NCBI RefSeq assembly: GCF_030684315.1
Contig: NC_081370.1
Coordinates: 34,428,728 to 34,492,727, forward strand
Length of the DNA stretch: 64,000 nucleotides
Reading direction: 5' to 3'
Source of the DNA: Stegostoma tigrinum
Lineage: Eukaryota
In this document: piece after piece, positions 63,201-64,000 of the stretch
Layout: each line of letters opens with the position of its first letter
Position numbering within the stretch: position 1 is the first letter of the stretch
Notes under the pieces: model-generated
Seen by the model: only the letters and a program-made list of their open reading frames with translations
Told to the model about the DNA's origin: nothing
Database searches by the model: none
Program-made: the position numbers and the translations under genes

Positions 63201-63650
63201 TCAATGTGGACTTCACCAGCTTCAAAATCTTCCCACCAATGACCTCACCCAAGACCAGCCCAGCTTGCCTCGCCTCATTGACCTGTTTGTCTTTTCTCCC
63301 AACTATCCCCTCCTCCCAACTCACTGACCAATCCCCACCTACTAGCCTCATTCCTGCCTCCTTGACCTATCCATCTTCCTTCCCACCCACCCACCCTCTC
63401 TCCCAACTGACCAACTCCCTACCTACACTCACCTTCACTGGCTCCATCCCCACCTCCTTGACCTGTCTGACTTCTCTCCACCTATCTGCTCCTTAATCCA
63501 CCTTCCATCATTGCCTCCCCCCCCCTCTCTATTTATGTCAGAGTCCCCTCCCCCTCTGCCATTTCTGAAGAAGGGTGCAGACCCGCAACGTCAGCTTTCC
63601 TTCTCTGATGCTGCTTGGCCTGTTGTGTTCATCCAGCCCTACACCTGTTA
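60266..63650 (+). mobile_element. Longer, frameshifted Penelope-like element
   Basis: IKPTDEGGAVVVW, LPKIHKP, TMDIQSLY, QTKGVAIG and GIY-YIG remnants spread over several frames; 3' repeat with a degenerate hammerhead near 63564. Confidence 0.88.
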
Positions 63651-64000
63651 ACCCATCAAAGCTATTGGATTGGCAGAAACAGTCTTTCATTCATTTAATG
63701 CTAATCTGATGTTTGTTTGCTCATTTTGGGACAATACGGAGGATTTCAGACTTGTAAAAAAAGTCTTTGGTCTCTGATCGTCAGCTTTCCCTTGGTGCTC
63801 CTGGTGCCTTCTGAAGTGGCCTGACAAGCCAGTGAAAGAGAGATTGATGTTAAATGTGACTTCACTTTTGTCGCCCGATGATTTTTGAAGTATAGCATGG
63901 TTATTTCTATTTTATGCAGATAAACAGAGAAATATCCATGAGTGTGTATAATCTTGGATCGTGTTCTGTTATGGGACAGTGATTAAATTGATGAGCTTGA

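Overview
AT-rich, repeat-dense genomic DNA from a cartilaginous fish, inferred from HE1-type tRNA-derived SINEs, CR1 LINEs and Penelope-like elements. The + strand carries two tandem, strongly diverged paralogues of an unusual immunoglobulin-superfamily gene. Gene B can be assembled completely from GT-AG, phase-1 exons (22991..58240, 10 exons, 969 aa). Its layout is signal peptide, V domain, C1 domain (the pair resembles B7-H6/NCR3LG1), one transmembrane helix, and then six more C1-set Ig domains that by topology lie in the cytoplasm. Only the last three exons of gene A are in the window (4180..12862); they match the last three domains of gene B one for one. Five of the nine post-TM domains have lost one canonical cysteine. 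The CpG-rich promoter of gene B has a consensus ISRE/IRF site. The rest is transposon-derived: Penelope-like elements (several as fold-back hairpins with target-site duplications and minimal hammerhead-ribozyme motifs), a Tx1/L1 element with an ORF1-ORF2 deletion fusion, CR1 and Rex1/Babar-like LINEs, HE1 SINEs, and a perfect 22 x 69-bp tandem array inside a dead LINE. Exon coordinates were read by eye from splice signals, repeat boundaries are approximate, and no database search was run.
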